A DNA stretch of 64,000 bases from Mizuhopecten yessoensis (lineage: Eukaryota). How positions within the stretch are numbered: position 1 is the first letter of the stretch; the number at the start of each line of letters is the position of its first letter. Shown one piece after another: positions 50,299-64,000 of this stretch. The notes below the pieces were generated by a model that was given only the letters and a program-made list of their open reading frames with translations, was not told the origin of the DNA and searched no databases. Made by a program: the position numbers and the translations under genes. The DNA lies in the NCBI RefSeq assembly GCF_002113885.1, contig NW_018405514.1, positions 212,523 through 276,522 of the forward strand, given 5' to 3'.

Positions 50299-52569
50299 TT
50301 ATCAACAAATGTAACAGAGGTTAATATTTTAAATCAAAATATTCTTGCTTCAACACAACCGCCTTTAAAAAAATCTCTTTAATAGTTGAGTTGCTTCCCC
50401 TATTGCACGGTGTCAAACGCAAGACAAACATAAGTGTTTCACATTCTGAATGATAAAATTGAACGTGATGACATCTAACTTGAGCGTTATTCGATGTTTT
50501 GTCACGTTAAATTGTGAACGCATTAGTTTATCTACGGTATTCGTTATCCCTCTGAAATGAAACACTAGATTTTGGAGTTATTATCGTGTATGTCTTGCCT
50601 TTTTGCCTATCTTTAACTGGTTAATGATTGAGTAAACATGTTGAACTGACAGAATCCGTATCCTTATAGCAGTTCTACAAACCATGGTATCACACACAGA
50701 TCACAGACGATGTAATATTTTAAGACATCAAAATCGTGCAAAAATGTTGCGACTTTTCCTCGAAATTTTGGTAATGGTTTTTTTGAAAATGATGTGACTT
50801 TCTGTCTTCAAAAAACACTCCACTTAGTACAGCGTATGTTGATACAAAAAAATTAAGAAATTTGCAATTGCCCCTGACCAAAAATCGTTCTTAACTTTCT
50901 TATTATAATGTAGAGTTTCACATCAATTTTCTACTGTATTAACATCGTAAGAGGTTATTATTTCTGTACTATTTTTCCTCTGTATTTATACAAAGACACT
51001 TATAGGTTGTAGGACTTTTTAGGGAGCTAAATTCCATAATAATAATGCAGAAAAATATAACATTACATGATTCCTCGCAGTGGAGCCAAGACATTGTTTT
51101 TTTTGTGGGGAAAAAAGGAAGATAAGATGATCGATATATTTCTTTGGTATCTTTGCTATAGTAACTGGACAAGCAACTCATAGGTCAGAACAAGATGATG
51201 CTGTCATCAATAAACACTGCTCCGTTGACAAGTCGGGGTTAGTCCAATTTACGATCTAGCATTCTATATACAGTTGTGAATGGAAAAGAGCGTTACGATT
51301 CATGTGGCTATGTTTCTTTGTGAATCATACACATCAAGTTTATAAAACAACAGTGCAAACATAAACTCTATTTGTATTGTCACAACATGAAGACAGCCAA
51401 AGATATTTAGTTAACAACATTAAATGTGTTTAATGTATAATCCGTGTAGTACTTATAGTTACCAAGACATGGATAAAACAATTCTTAAACTTTCACAGAA
51501 GCGTGAAATGTATGTCAAGTTCAGCATCCGCAACATGCGTTTAGTACAGCGATCTTTGCTTCGTCATTGCTGTATCTGTGTAACACTTATAGTTACCTTT
51601 AACGGTCACGAACAGGCGGGTAGACCCTGTTTCTATATTATACCTCGTACAGCGGGGGTAATTCCAAATAAATTGAAACTCTTCTTCTTTGGAGATACAA
51701 CAAGGCCCTGGGACACTCAACCTTATTAATAATTTGCTAATGAAATGCTATGTATCGTCGGTCGCGATCAAAGCGTGTCATTTATACCACACGGTGTTCA
51801 TTTCTGTACCACGGTGTTCATTACTGTACCATATTTGAGTACGACTCCTTAGTGTTAACAAATACTCTCATTCTTTTGACTCGCACTCAGCCAGTGAGCG
51901 GTAAACGTTATATAACCGTTTGAACTTAATTTTCGCGTTGAATTGTAACTCGCTTATCTTGTTTTTTTAGCAATAAGAAGTTTAAAAACTTGTTTGACAC
52001 AATCGCGTCATTAGTCCTGTTTATATACTGAATCAGCGGGTGTTCCACAGACCTACTGCGCACACTACACTACCGACTTCTTGAAATATACATTTACTAT
52101 TGTACTTTCAAATATGTTATTTCTATAGAAGACCAATCTTCAATTAGAATACGTAATTTTGTAGGTCCTATATTTCATTAGCATAGGTGCTTTAATTATT
52201 AATTGGGTATGAAATGCAAGTCTTGCTGCCTCTAACATCAGATCAACTTTCTTAAGAAATAAAGCAAATCTTATGTTATGGAAAACAAACCAGTATTGAG
52301 TTGAGGTGGAAAAATGAATCAGTAGAATCTTCATTTACATCTCTTGCGTGAAATAAGCTTCTGTGTTTAACAGTCTTTATAATGCTTAATTAGACGTTGT
52401 AGCTGTATGTGGTCAAATTAAACACTGGCTATTTGTATGACCGTACAGTTGGACCATCGACTCGTTCGGTACATTGAATTATCCTACATATGTAATCGTC
52501 CAATACTGATTCCGTACTGAAAAGCTTAAGAAAGACTGCTGTAGCGTCCCAATACGGTTCGTTATATAA

Positions 52570-52615
<46 letters not shown>
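52570..52615. repeat. (GA)n microsatellite
   Basis: Read directly from the sequence. Confidence 0.95.
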
Positions 52616-52690
52616 GAAGTATATTTATCAGTTCAAGATAGAATTGTTTTGAAATAAATATTCCGTAAGACTATAAGTAGTACAAAAATA

Positions 52691-53209
52691 AGGGTTTTGC
52701 CACAGTTCCCCCGCCCATATAATCCTTACCACCTCCCTGGCACCCCCTAGAGGCACCCCCNNNNNNNNNNNNNNNNNNNNNNNNNNNNNNNNNNNNNNNN
52801 NNNNNNNNNNNNNNNNNNNNNNNNNNNNNNNNNNNNNNNNNNNNNNNNNNNNNNNNNNNNNNNNNNNNNNNNNNNNNNNNNNNNNNNNNNNNNNNNNNNN
52901 NNNNNNNNNNNNNNNNNNNNNNNNNNNNNNNNNNNNNNNNNNNNNNNNNNNNNNNNNNNNNNNNNNNNNNNNNNNNNNNNNNNNNNNNNNNNNNNNNNNN
53001 NNNNNNNNNNNNNNNNNNNNNNNNNNNNNNNNNNNNNNNNNNNNNNNNNNNNNNNNNNNNNNNNNNNNNNNNNNNNNNNNNNNNNNNNNNNNNNNNNNAC
53101 CACTAGGAGACACCCCCCTGTGACGTCATCGATCGGTACCCCCCTGCCGAAGGGGGGTGCCAGGGGGGTGGTAAGGATTATATAGGCGGAGGGACTGTGC
53201 TAAAACCCT
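52691..53209. mobile_element. TIR DNA element spanning an assembly gap
   Basis: Inverted repeats of about 58 bp: AGGGTTTT..CACAGT.CC.CCGCC.ATATAATCCTTACCACC.CCCTGGCACCCCC and its reverse complement at about 53153-53209. Both ends are flanked by TA. The interior is Ns (52761-53098). Confidence 0.75.
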
Positions 53210-53789
53210 TACTAATTGATTATTATTTCTTTATTTCCTCCAAGTTGAAGAGTTACAAAAATGTACAGTGTAGTCAAAATACAAATCACATATTATTAAT
53301 TGATACTTAAATACACATAAATACATCAGTTAACTACAGAGATGAAGAGAGAAGTTAATGAATCTTGAATTAGTTTAGTAAATACAGAAAGAATGGTCTC
53401 GTTAAGAGCAAATCATACAAATAATTAGAATGCCTGGGAATCCTGAGGTTTCCAAGGGTTGGGGAAAGCCAACCAGCAAGGTCCTCTCAGGGTTACCCAC
53501 ACATAAACACACACAAAATAAGAGAAAAAATAGCAATTAGGTAGATATTGCTATTGTACGTACATTTGTACGTGTTATTTCATTATTAACGCTGATACAA
53601 CAGCAACATGTTGTCAATAAAAATAGCACTATGCAGTACAAAGGTTACATAAAATGCGCTTAATATATGGTGAAGGCTACCCCCAAGTAATACATGAATT
53701 AAATCATAATCAGACAAAGCAATGTTCGGGTTCGGGTCTATTATCACCAACGTGTTTTCAGATATGACGCTGATTATAAAAATGTCATG

Positions 53790-55715
53790 ATTCCATTTAA
53801 AACTACACCATTTTATCTGGACTTCCGTTATCTACCGTGCATCGTGCCCAACCATGTGTTTGGTTTTTCTCTGTGCAGACGGACTGGTAGAAACGGAAAT
53901 ACCAGAAAGCACGGAACGAACAGGAGGAAGGTTGTATAGGGATGTGATGAACATTTGAACATGCAGAAAGTTGTGAACAGCCCGTTTGCATGGAGAAAAA
54001 AACAACCACATGGTCCGATATGCTTTTTTATACTATCTGTTGATAGATCATATATTTTCTTTATATTCTTTAACTCAACTTTCAAAACAATTCAAAATCC
54101 GTTTGTATTGTGCTTTCATAGATTTTGAGAAAGCGTTCGACAGTGTCTGGAGAATAGGGTTGTGGAACAAATTAATAACAAATAATGTAGATGGAAATAT
54201 TTTTTTAAAGTTATTGTTAATATGTACAATGGAATTAAGGCTAAAGTCATGAAAGATGGAACATTCTCCAATATCTTCACCTGTAATTCCGGGGTTAGGC
54301 AGGGTGAAAATCTTTCCCCATTTTTATTTTCATAGTATCTAAATGACCTTGAAATGTTTTTAGAATCTAATGATTGTACAGGTCTATAAAATTTGGCGGG
54401 AAAACTTGAGAATGAGTTACACATATATATATCTTAAGTTGAATGTAATGTTGATGACACTATTTTGTTAGCAGATACCCCAGAAGATTTACAAAAACAA
54501 CTTAATGTGTTTTATGATTATTCAAAATTGTGGCATCTTAAAGTAAATATCGATAAAACAAAAGTGATGATATTTGGTAGAGGGAGAGTACCCCAAAATA
54601 TACGTTTTACTTATAACAGAAATGAAGTAGAAATTTACTCAAAATGGTTTCACGCAGTTAAATATTAGACAATTATATGATAAGGGCCCTAGAGCAATGT
54701 ATGGTGCTATTGCTAAATGCAGAGAGCATAATCTATCAATTGACTGTAAATTAGATATTTTCGATAAAGCTATCATCAAGCCTGTCATGTTGTATGGTTG
54801 TGAAGTCTGGGGTTTTTGTGATAACAAACTTTTAGAACGTTTACATTTGAAATTTTGCAAACATATTCTTCAGGTGAAAACATCGACACCCAATTTCATG
54901 ATTTATGGGGAATAAGGAAGATTTCCTCTGAGTATAATTATCAAAGTTCGAATGATTGGATTTTGGGCCAAATTGTTAGAACCTTAAATAATAAAATGTA
55001 TAAAATTATTATAAACTTTTTTTTTTAAATACTCAATGGTCGAATTGTATTAAAAATATCCTTGATGAATGTAATTTAAAACATATATTTGAAATTCAAG
55101 AGTTCCAAAGTACCCAATGGTTGAAAAATACAGTTTTCCATACACTCAAAGATAAATTCATTAATAATTGGAGAAGCGATGTATTCAAAGGGACTTATTA
55201 CAGAATTTTTAAAAATGACTTAGTATTAGAAAAATACCNAAAGGGACTAATTACAGAATTTTTAAAAATGACTTAGTATTAGAAAAATACCTGCTAGATC
55301 TCCCTCCAAGACTAGCAAATGTTTATTGTAAATTTAGAATGTGTAATGTTAAATTTCCGATTGAATGTGGTAGATGGAATAACATTCCTAGAGAAGATAG
55401 AAAATGTATTTTTTGTGACCTAAATGAAATTGGGGACGAATATCATTTGTTTAATTGTAATGACCACCAGATACTGCAAAACAGAAGATAATTTATGTCG
55501 AGATATCATTTTGAAAGTCCTAGTACTTTCAAGTTTAATACATTATTCAATTATGTTAATAATGAAGAATTAATTTCACTTATAAAATTCCTTAAGCACA
55601 TAATTGAGCGAATTAACACTGGCCATTAACACCATGATTTATATGTAAACTGTACTATATATAGGTTTATAATTCTCTACACTGTAACCAGTTTGCGAGA
55701 ATAAAACTTGTCATT
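53790..55715 (+). mobile_element. Frameshifted, 5'-truncated LINE ORF2 (reverse transcriptase; RTE-X/L2-like)
   Basis: Fragments LYCAFIDFEKAFDSVWRIGLW, GVRQGENLSPFLF, DDT.LLADTPEDLQKQLN, VNIDKTKVMIF, KPVMLYGCEVWG and a C-terminal IECGRW..IPREDRKCIFC...IGDEYH. AATAAA near 55700. Confidence 0.9.
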
Positions 55716-56119
55716 GTTGCTTTGGAGGCAGATACCATATGTCATACATTAATAATGATGAGGATGTATGTATCATAATTGCAGACTATTACCCCCCCCC
55801 CCCCCTTCTCTCTGTCTCTGTCTTATAATTTCAATTTATAAATTAAAGCATTTAAAAATAAAATAGCGTATATATATGAACATTTATTTCAATATAGTCT
55901 GCCTTCTTGTACTATTGTAAATATATGTTCGTAATTTGCTGGGAAAGGGCTTACTATAAGTTTACTCTTTCGCTGTCTTGATTGTATTTCATGACTTATT
56001 TATAATGTCCAACCGGTTGCGCATAAAATGATAAAAATCCATTATTTACACATTGATAAGTTGTGGCGGTATAATAACTTGTGCCCAATCCATTTGCTTG
56101 GCAATAACATATGTTTAAA

Positions 56120-56812
56120 CTAAACATCGAAACGTTACCCAAATGACACATCGCAGGGGGAAAAAACTCGCGCCCTTTTATAATAATATTGCATTGATGT
56201 AAATAAACAGACCAGAAGTACTTGTTATGTGTGTCTTGGATCCCGACTACAAAGCTTTGAAAAACAACACCCAAACAATGCCTTCATATGTAAATTTTCT
56301 TGGATTGACCCATTTACGAAAGTGATGGCCCAATCAGTATTATGATTAATGGCTTCGGCAAGGTTCAATCGACCAATCAAATAAAATGATAGATCGCAGC
56401 AGAACGTGTTTACTCCCGCTACCATAGCCGAATACACAACAGTGCTGAGAACCAATCAAAAGCGAGGTAATATTTACAAGCGTTTACCATGTTGCTACGA
56501 TGTTTTGATTCATCAATCGAGTGCACAGGTAAAGTCCTCATTCTGCAATGTGTATTGCCCGGGTACAGTAGCAGGTATCGGGGTGGAGGAAAGCTAGAAA
56601 ACAATGGATATCTCTAATTAGGCAAATTGTGGATGTATGCAGTTTTACAAACTTGCAGTAGAATCGGCTCTATTCATCTATGATAAGATTTAGCGGTTCT
56701 CCGACAAACAAGCTTGGACCTATCACCTTGATCATAAAGCACAGGTGAAAAAGGTATAGCGGGAGACAGCTAGTCGTGAGCAGTTTTTACCGGAGCTCAA
56801 AGTAACCCACAG
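56120..56812 (+). promoter_or_regulatory. Putative FOXJ1 promoter and non-coding first exon(s)
   Basis: Three CCAATC boxes (about 56330, 56373, 56452) and forkhead-type GTAAATAAACA (about 56199). Donors CAG|GTAAGT (56812) and CAG|GTAAAG (56528) could splice to the acceptor TTTTGCAG| at 57839. Both upstream exons are closed by in-frame stops. Confidence 0.5.
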
Positions 56813-57942
56813 GTAAGTTTTGATTGTCCAATTATTCTTTCAAAGAGTCTAGATTGTAAAGGTAATTTTGACCATTCTTTCCGAAATATGAAAGTTTATA
56901 CCACCCCGTTATAGTTTTACACCTGTCATTAGGCGGTTACCGGTATTTAATACCACGTGTCATCAAGCCTATAAATAGAGGTAAACATACAGGTAGATGA
57001 CCATTCATATGTTAATGCCATAGGTTGACGCTCTTTTCTAAGCATGTTCGGTCGCATTATCGGTTGTCCAAACTTGCTCTCGAGGTGACATTCCCAGTAA
57101 TATCAGAGCTGTATGTCCATGCTTCAGTCACAGGAGGTCATACCAATAGGCCAGTCAGTATTTTTTTTGTAATTGGAGTAGGCCTTACTGGAAACCGAAC
57201 TTATAAAAAAGGTAAGATAGTAAAAAGCAGGATAATTTATTCAGCATATTATTTTTCATATGATTTGGATTTTTAATATTTTTGGTGATTCACATTTTAA
57301 ATATTTTTTTGTTTATTTTTCTTAATTTACAACAATTCGAGTGGAATAAAAGGTGATTGAGTTAGCAAAAAATATTTTTATATAAAATTCTAAGATTAAA
57401 TAGACATATTACATGTCAGCTTTAGCACAACATATTTTTTCCAAGGTTGATCTTCGGAAAGAAAGACTAGATTTTGTCTTGCCTTTATCATGCTATATTC
57501 ATATATGGTCTGGGTTAAACAAACATTATTTTATTCAATTTCATTAAAATCCATTCACAGTTGTCAACATACAAACAAGCTTAGAACTTTTATAAATTGA
57601 TGCAGGTGTTATAAAATAATATGCAAGTTCAATATGAAGTGTTTATCATATTTTGATAAGCATATCACCTTTTATTATTCAAGGTCATAACCTAAAGTAA
57701 ATATTCAAAAAGTTCAATCAAAAGTTTAATCTTTGGCTATAGTGTCCAAATAAAACATGTTGCAAATCTATTTGGTGTGAAATGGTAATTTTTATTTGCT
57801 TATAAACAAATATTTCATTATTGTATTATTATTTTGCAGGTATTTAACCTACAATTGCTGTAAGCAAAGTTACACCCCCACCGCCAAGACGAAGTTCCCA
57901 CAAGCATACACAGTCCAGCGGCAGCAGCAGCTGACTGCCAAG

Positions 57943-59737
<1,795 letters not shown>

Positions 59738-62254
59738 CATTTAGATTAAACTTTAAACTGGCCAGATTTGGGACATTTTAGTGCATATTTGCCCACAGTC
59801 TCCTCATTATGGGAAAAATGGAGTAAATATGTCATGTAATAAATTCTTTGACCTGAGCAACCGAGTGTTGGTCAGGTCACACTGAGGCAGTTCTGTGATA
59901 TACCTGTGTGTTTTACGAGTTGAGCGAGCTAGATATAATAACCTTGAAAAGGACTTTGTTGACACTGTGTGTTTGTAGCCTGCAAAGTGTGAACATTATT
60001 TAATTGATATTCTTTCATATTTTGAAAGGTCTTTATAAAAGATGGAACGAAAGCGTTTTCATTTTCAACTTACTGGTATGTACATCAAATGGAAATGAAA
60101 ACTGCCTTTTCTGGGGGTAAGTTACTAGTAAATGGGGAAATGGTCAGTATTTTGGTGAAAAAGCTGTCATTCCAAGTAAAGAATATTCATCCGTTCTAGT
60201 GATTGAGCCATCCCAGGTACTTGGTGCTGTACATTCATAATGCATAATTGTTTCACACATGGTAGAGCGTAATGGGTGGTGAGGGAACTGAGTGTGAGAA
60301 TGGATGGCTGTGTATTTATTGTACGTGTGGCAAGTGTGAAACGTGTGTACTCTGTCACCCCTCACGGTAGAATGCTTGTGTGTGGTAATTTATTTCTTTA
60401 TCAATGCATCCAATACTATTTATTCACCTCTCACCTCTATAAGTGCTATATATGTGTAACACTGGTTTATATATATATGTGTTTGTTTTTGAAAGGTTAT
60501 TCTCAAGTTTCATTGTAACAAAGTCATGTGTATATGGAAAAAATAAGTTAAAATTTTCAATGAAGAAATCGAAAAAAATAAAGATAATCAATAATATAAA
60601 CTAAAACAAAAAACTTTTCTTTGCTAGTGTTTAGTGACAGGTGAATTTTTAGGTAATAATTACATCCATGTTGCCAGTATTATTGTTGTCAAACAGTATT
60701 GATTAGTTGTTACCTGTAATCATGATCTATAAATTGTATATGTGGAAAGTTATAATTCCGTCCCATTGTTATGTTAAATTTGCAAAATGAAGATATATTT
60801 GTTTACTTTTGGAAGTTAATTCTTTTCTGAATTCGTCCAATATGCCCTTATCAGGAATCCGTCCAAGTTTCTTTCCTTTGACAGGACAATTGTGATGAAT
60901 TCATAATTTTTTGAAGAATATATTTTTAAGACATGTTTACATAAATTTGTGTACATTTTGAGTATGAAATACCTTTACAAATTTCATTCAGTCTAATTGT
61001 CTTGGTTTACCCTAGCAGACCATAATGAACTACCCCATGTCACATCCATTTTGGAGTATGGGAGTGGACAAGGTTGCAATAGACTGGGTTTTGATTGACT
61101 GATAAAAAGAAATTGATTACACTGCCAGTCTTCATAAATAATATTGTAAAATGTGTGTGACATATTTTGAGTCAAAGAGGAGTAATAAGTCCCTCGTGTA
61201 CATACATGTATATTTATAACGTTCGTGAACTTAATCTGGTGTGGACACCTACTTCATTGATCAGCTGTGATAATTGCTGTTGCACTCTCATTGTCCATCA
61301 TTAGTCTCATGTTTGAAATATAGCTCTTGTCTGTGGTCTCAGGATGAAATAAGGGATGTATGAAAAAGTCGAACACAATAATATTAAGTTTCTTTTATTT
61401 TTTTCCAAAAGGTTTTTAGTTTTTATTTAAAACAGGTTTAAAGATTTTTTTAAAATCAAAATTTGAAAGTGAAATTGGTAATAAAATCAAAGTAGTCTGT
61501 ACTATTTTTTACTCCCTATCTATACCACTGGTACCAGTCTGGACACCGTGTCCACTGTGGTACTTGGGGGGATTAGGTCATTAGTGTTACAGCCCTCTCC
61601 TAGACTAACAGACAAGAGGTTGCTGGACAGTCCAGAATACCCTCAGTATTCCAACATTACTCACTCATGTCACCTGTCATCATTCAGCCATCTGTGTTTA
61701 CAAGTTGGTCGCTGCACTTCAGGGTTGTATTGAACTGTTCGTATTTATTGAAGAAGTGAACAAAAAATAAAAAAAAGTTTTGCAAAGACAATATAACATC
61801 TGTTTGTTGTTGATTCTACTTGGCAAGCATGAAATGGTGAAAAGAGAGATACTGTACCAGTCTTTGCACGATAAGTATTCTGCCACACTGTACAGGGATA
61901 AAAAAGATATGTTAACACATTTCAATGATGAACGAACATCATCACATATGGCAATATAATTTGAAAAATAAAACCTGGAACAATGTCAACTTTTGGTTCA
62001 AATAGACAGGAGTGATGTCTAGCAGAAAAACCCAGTACACTGTTCTACATTGATAAGTGTTGTACACAAAACCTTGCAGCATTGTAATATGGACTTTAAG
62101 CAATATAGCTTGGTGCCACATTATGACCTTGTATCAGAAGAATAGCTTGATGCCACATAATGACCTTGTATCAGAAGAATAGCTTGATGCCACATAATAA
62201 TTTGCAGTATTTAAGCCTGGTGCAATATTATGACTTTGCAGCAGTATACAATTT

Positions 62255-62860
62255 TTTCATTGGTACTGGGGGAACAGTCAAATAATTGACCCTCGGTAGC
62301 AGGGAAGACCTAGGGAACTGTTGCCCAAGGCAGAAGGCCGAGCGCAACAGTTCCTTAGGTCTTCCCTGCTACCGAGGGTCAAGGATTTGACTGCTGCCTC
62401 AATACCAATGAAACAAATGATTTATTACCTGACTCTCTATTCAAGAAACTTCCTGAATTGCGAGTTAGGATAAATGACTGTATGGCAGGATAGAAGATTT
62501 AATTCTTTATTATTTAAAGTCAATGTAACAATTGAATTATCAATTTATAACAATTGTATTTATTGGAACGTTAACACTTTGGGTAGTAAAAAACATGTAT
62601 TTAAATATGTCACATATCAAGAGATTCCATTTAATTCCAAATCTTGCTTAGAAATATCCTCAAATCTGCTGTTATTTGCAATTTTCACCAGACGACAAAA
62701 AACAAATCTGTATCAAAAATACGTCGATTGTTGCGCCCTGACATTATTTTACGGGTTTTCAGTCTTTTCCAGGGATTTTTTTTATTAAAACAGTCAAAAA
62801 TACTTCATATACACTTGAATAGAGAGTCAGGTAATAATATGGCTTGCTACCACTAAAGAC
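62255..62860. mobile_element. Insertion with a roughly 160-bp foldback head interrupting a degenerate 33-bp array
   Basis: 62255-62413 is a long imperfect palindrome (TTTCATTGGTA..CAGTCAAAT..TTGACCCTCGGTAGCAGGGAAGACCTA.GGAACTGTTGC and its reverse complement). Degenerate 33-bp units lie on both sides. Confidence 0.6.
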
Positions 62861-63159
62861 TTATCAGCAATATAGCTTGATGATGCAAAATGACTTTTGA
62901 CGCATCATAGAATTGTGCCATAAAATAAATTTGCAGGAGCATAGCATTGTGCTATATAATCCCTTAGCATTGGTATAGCGTGCTGCCACATAATGACTGC
63001 TGAAGTATAGTCTGATGCAGCATAATAACCTTGTTGCAGTATAGCATTGTGACAAAAATGACTTTGTAACAACATAACTTGATGCCATAGGACTTTGCAA
63101 CTCTTCAGCCTGGTGCCACATAATGACTTTGTAGCAGTTCAGCATTGTGCCAAATAATG

Positions 63160-63964
63160 ACTTGCAGCAGTATAGTTGGGGCCATGAAGTGACTCTGCAG
63201 CAGTATAGTTGGGGCCATGAAGTGACTCTGCAGCAGTATAGTTGGGGCCATGAAGTGACTCTGCAGCAGTATAGTTGGGGCCATGAAGTGACTCTGCAGC
63301 AGTATAGTTGGGGCCATGAAGTGACTCTGCAGCAGTATAGTTGGGGCCATGAAGTGACTCTGCAGCAGTATAGTTGGGGCCATGAAGTGACTCTGCAGCA
63401 GTATAGTTGGGGCCATGAAGTGACTCTGCAGCAGTATAGTTGGGGCCATGAAGTGACTCTGCAGCAGTATAGTTGGGGCCATGAAGTGACTCTGCAGCAG
63501 TATAGTTGGGGCCATGAAGTGACTCTGCAGCAGTATAGTTGGGGCCATGAAGTGACTCTGCAGCAGTATAGTTGGGGCCATGAAGTGACTCTGCAGCAGT
63601 ATAGTTGGGGCCATGAAGTGACTCTGCAGCAGTATAGTTGGGGCCATGAAGTGACTCTGCAGCAGTATAGTTGGGGCCATGAAGTGACTCTGCAGCAGTA
63701 TAGTTGGGGCCATGAAGTGACTCTGCAGCAGTATAGTTGGGGCCATGAAGTGACTCTGCAGCAGTATAGTTGGGGCCATGAAGTGACTCTGCAGCAGTAT
63801 AGTTGGGGCCATGAAGTGACTCTGCAGCAGTATAGTTGGGGCCATGAAGTGACTCTGCAGCAGTATAGTTGGGGCCATGAAGTGACTCTGCAGCGGTATA
63901 GTCGGGGCCATGAAGTGACTCTGCAGCAGTATAGTTGGGGCCATGAAGTGACTCTGCAGCAGTA
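63160..63964. repeat. 33-bp minisatellite (about 24 near-perfect copies; degenerate copies back to about 62085)
   Basis: Unit GACTCTGCAGCAGTATAGTTGGGGCCATGAAGT. Source of the spurious 279-aa and 281-aa ORFs. Confidence 0.97.
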
Positions 63965-64000
63965 TTACTTTGGCCGTATAATTTCCTTGTAGCAGCAGGA

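Noticed and set aside
52628-53113. ORFs spanning poly-X
   Set aside because: These are translations of an N gap.
55187-55291. 52-bp direct duplication inside the LINE
   Set aside because: Centred on a single N (55239), so an assembly join artefact.
57796-57942. N-terminal extension of FOXJ1 upstream of Met 57943
   Set aside because: The frame is open back to the acceptor at 57839, but both candidate upstream exons have in-frame stops and no ATG. Treated as 5' UTR.
63105-63992. 279-aa and 281-aa repetitive ORFs
   Set aside because: Artefact of a 33-bp tandem repeat.

Overview
AT-rich, intron-rich animal genomic DNA, most likely from a bivalve mollusc (inferred from the HINE/Helentron-type repeats and gene content). 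I reconstructed five protein-coding genes by hand from splice sites and reading frame. They are the 5' part of SNX8 (minus strand, with an N-terminal EH-like domain, running off the left edge), IQCE (plus, 24 coding exons, about 757 aa), CCDC166-like (minus, 7 exons, about 311 aa), LSM11 (plus, 4 exons, about 387 aa) and FOXJ1 (plus, 2 coding exons, about 452 aa). SNX8/IQCE and CCDC166/LSM11 are head-to-head pairs sharing promoters of under 500 bp, each with an RFX X-box-like site. Introns and intergenic DNA hold about nine minisatellite arrays, decayed LINEs, tRNA-derived SINE heads, HINE/MITE/foldback elements, a piggyBac-like left end and assembly gaps. The most unusual structure is an array of about 28 tandem copies built from the CCDC166 exon-4 splice acceptor itself, forming a run of decoy 3' splice sites that each lead to a premature stop. 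Other intronic arrays carry repeated donor-like and polyA-like signals. The long repetitive ORFs in the supplied track are minisatellite artefacts. No prokaryotic systems or CRISPR arrays are present. All gene names come from recalled motif similarity, not from database searches.
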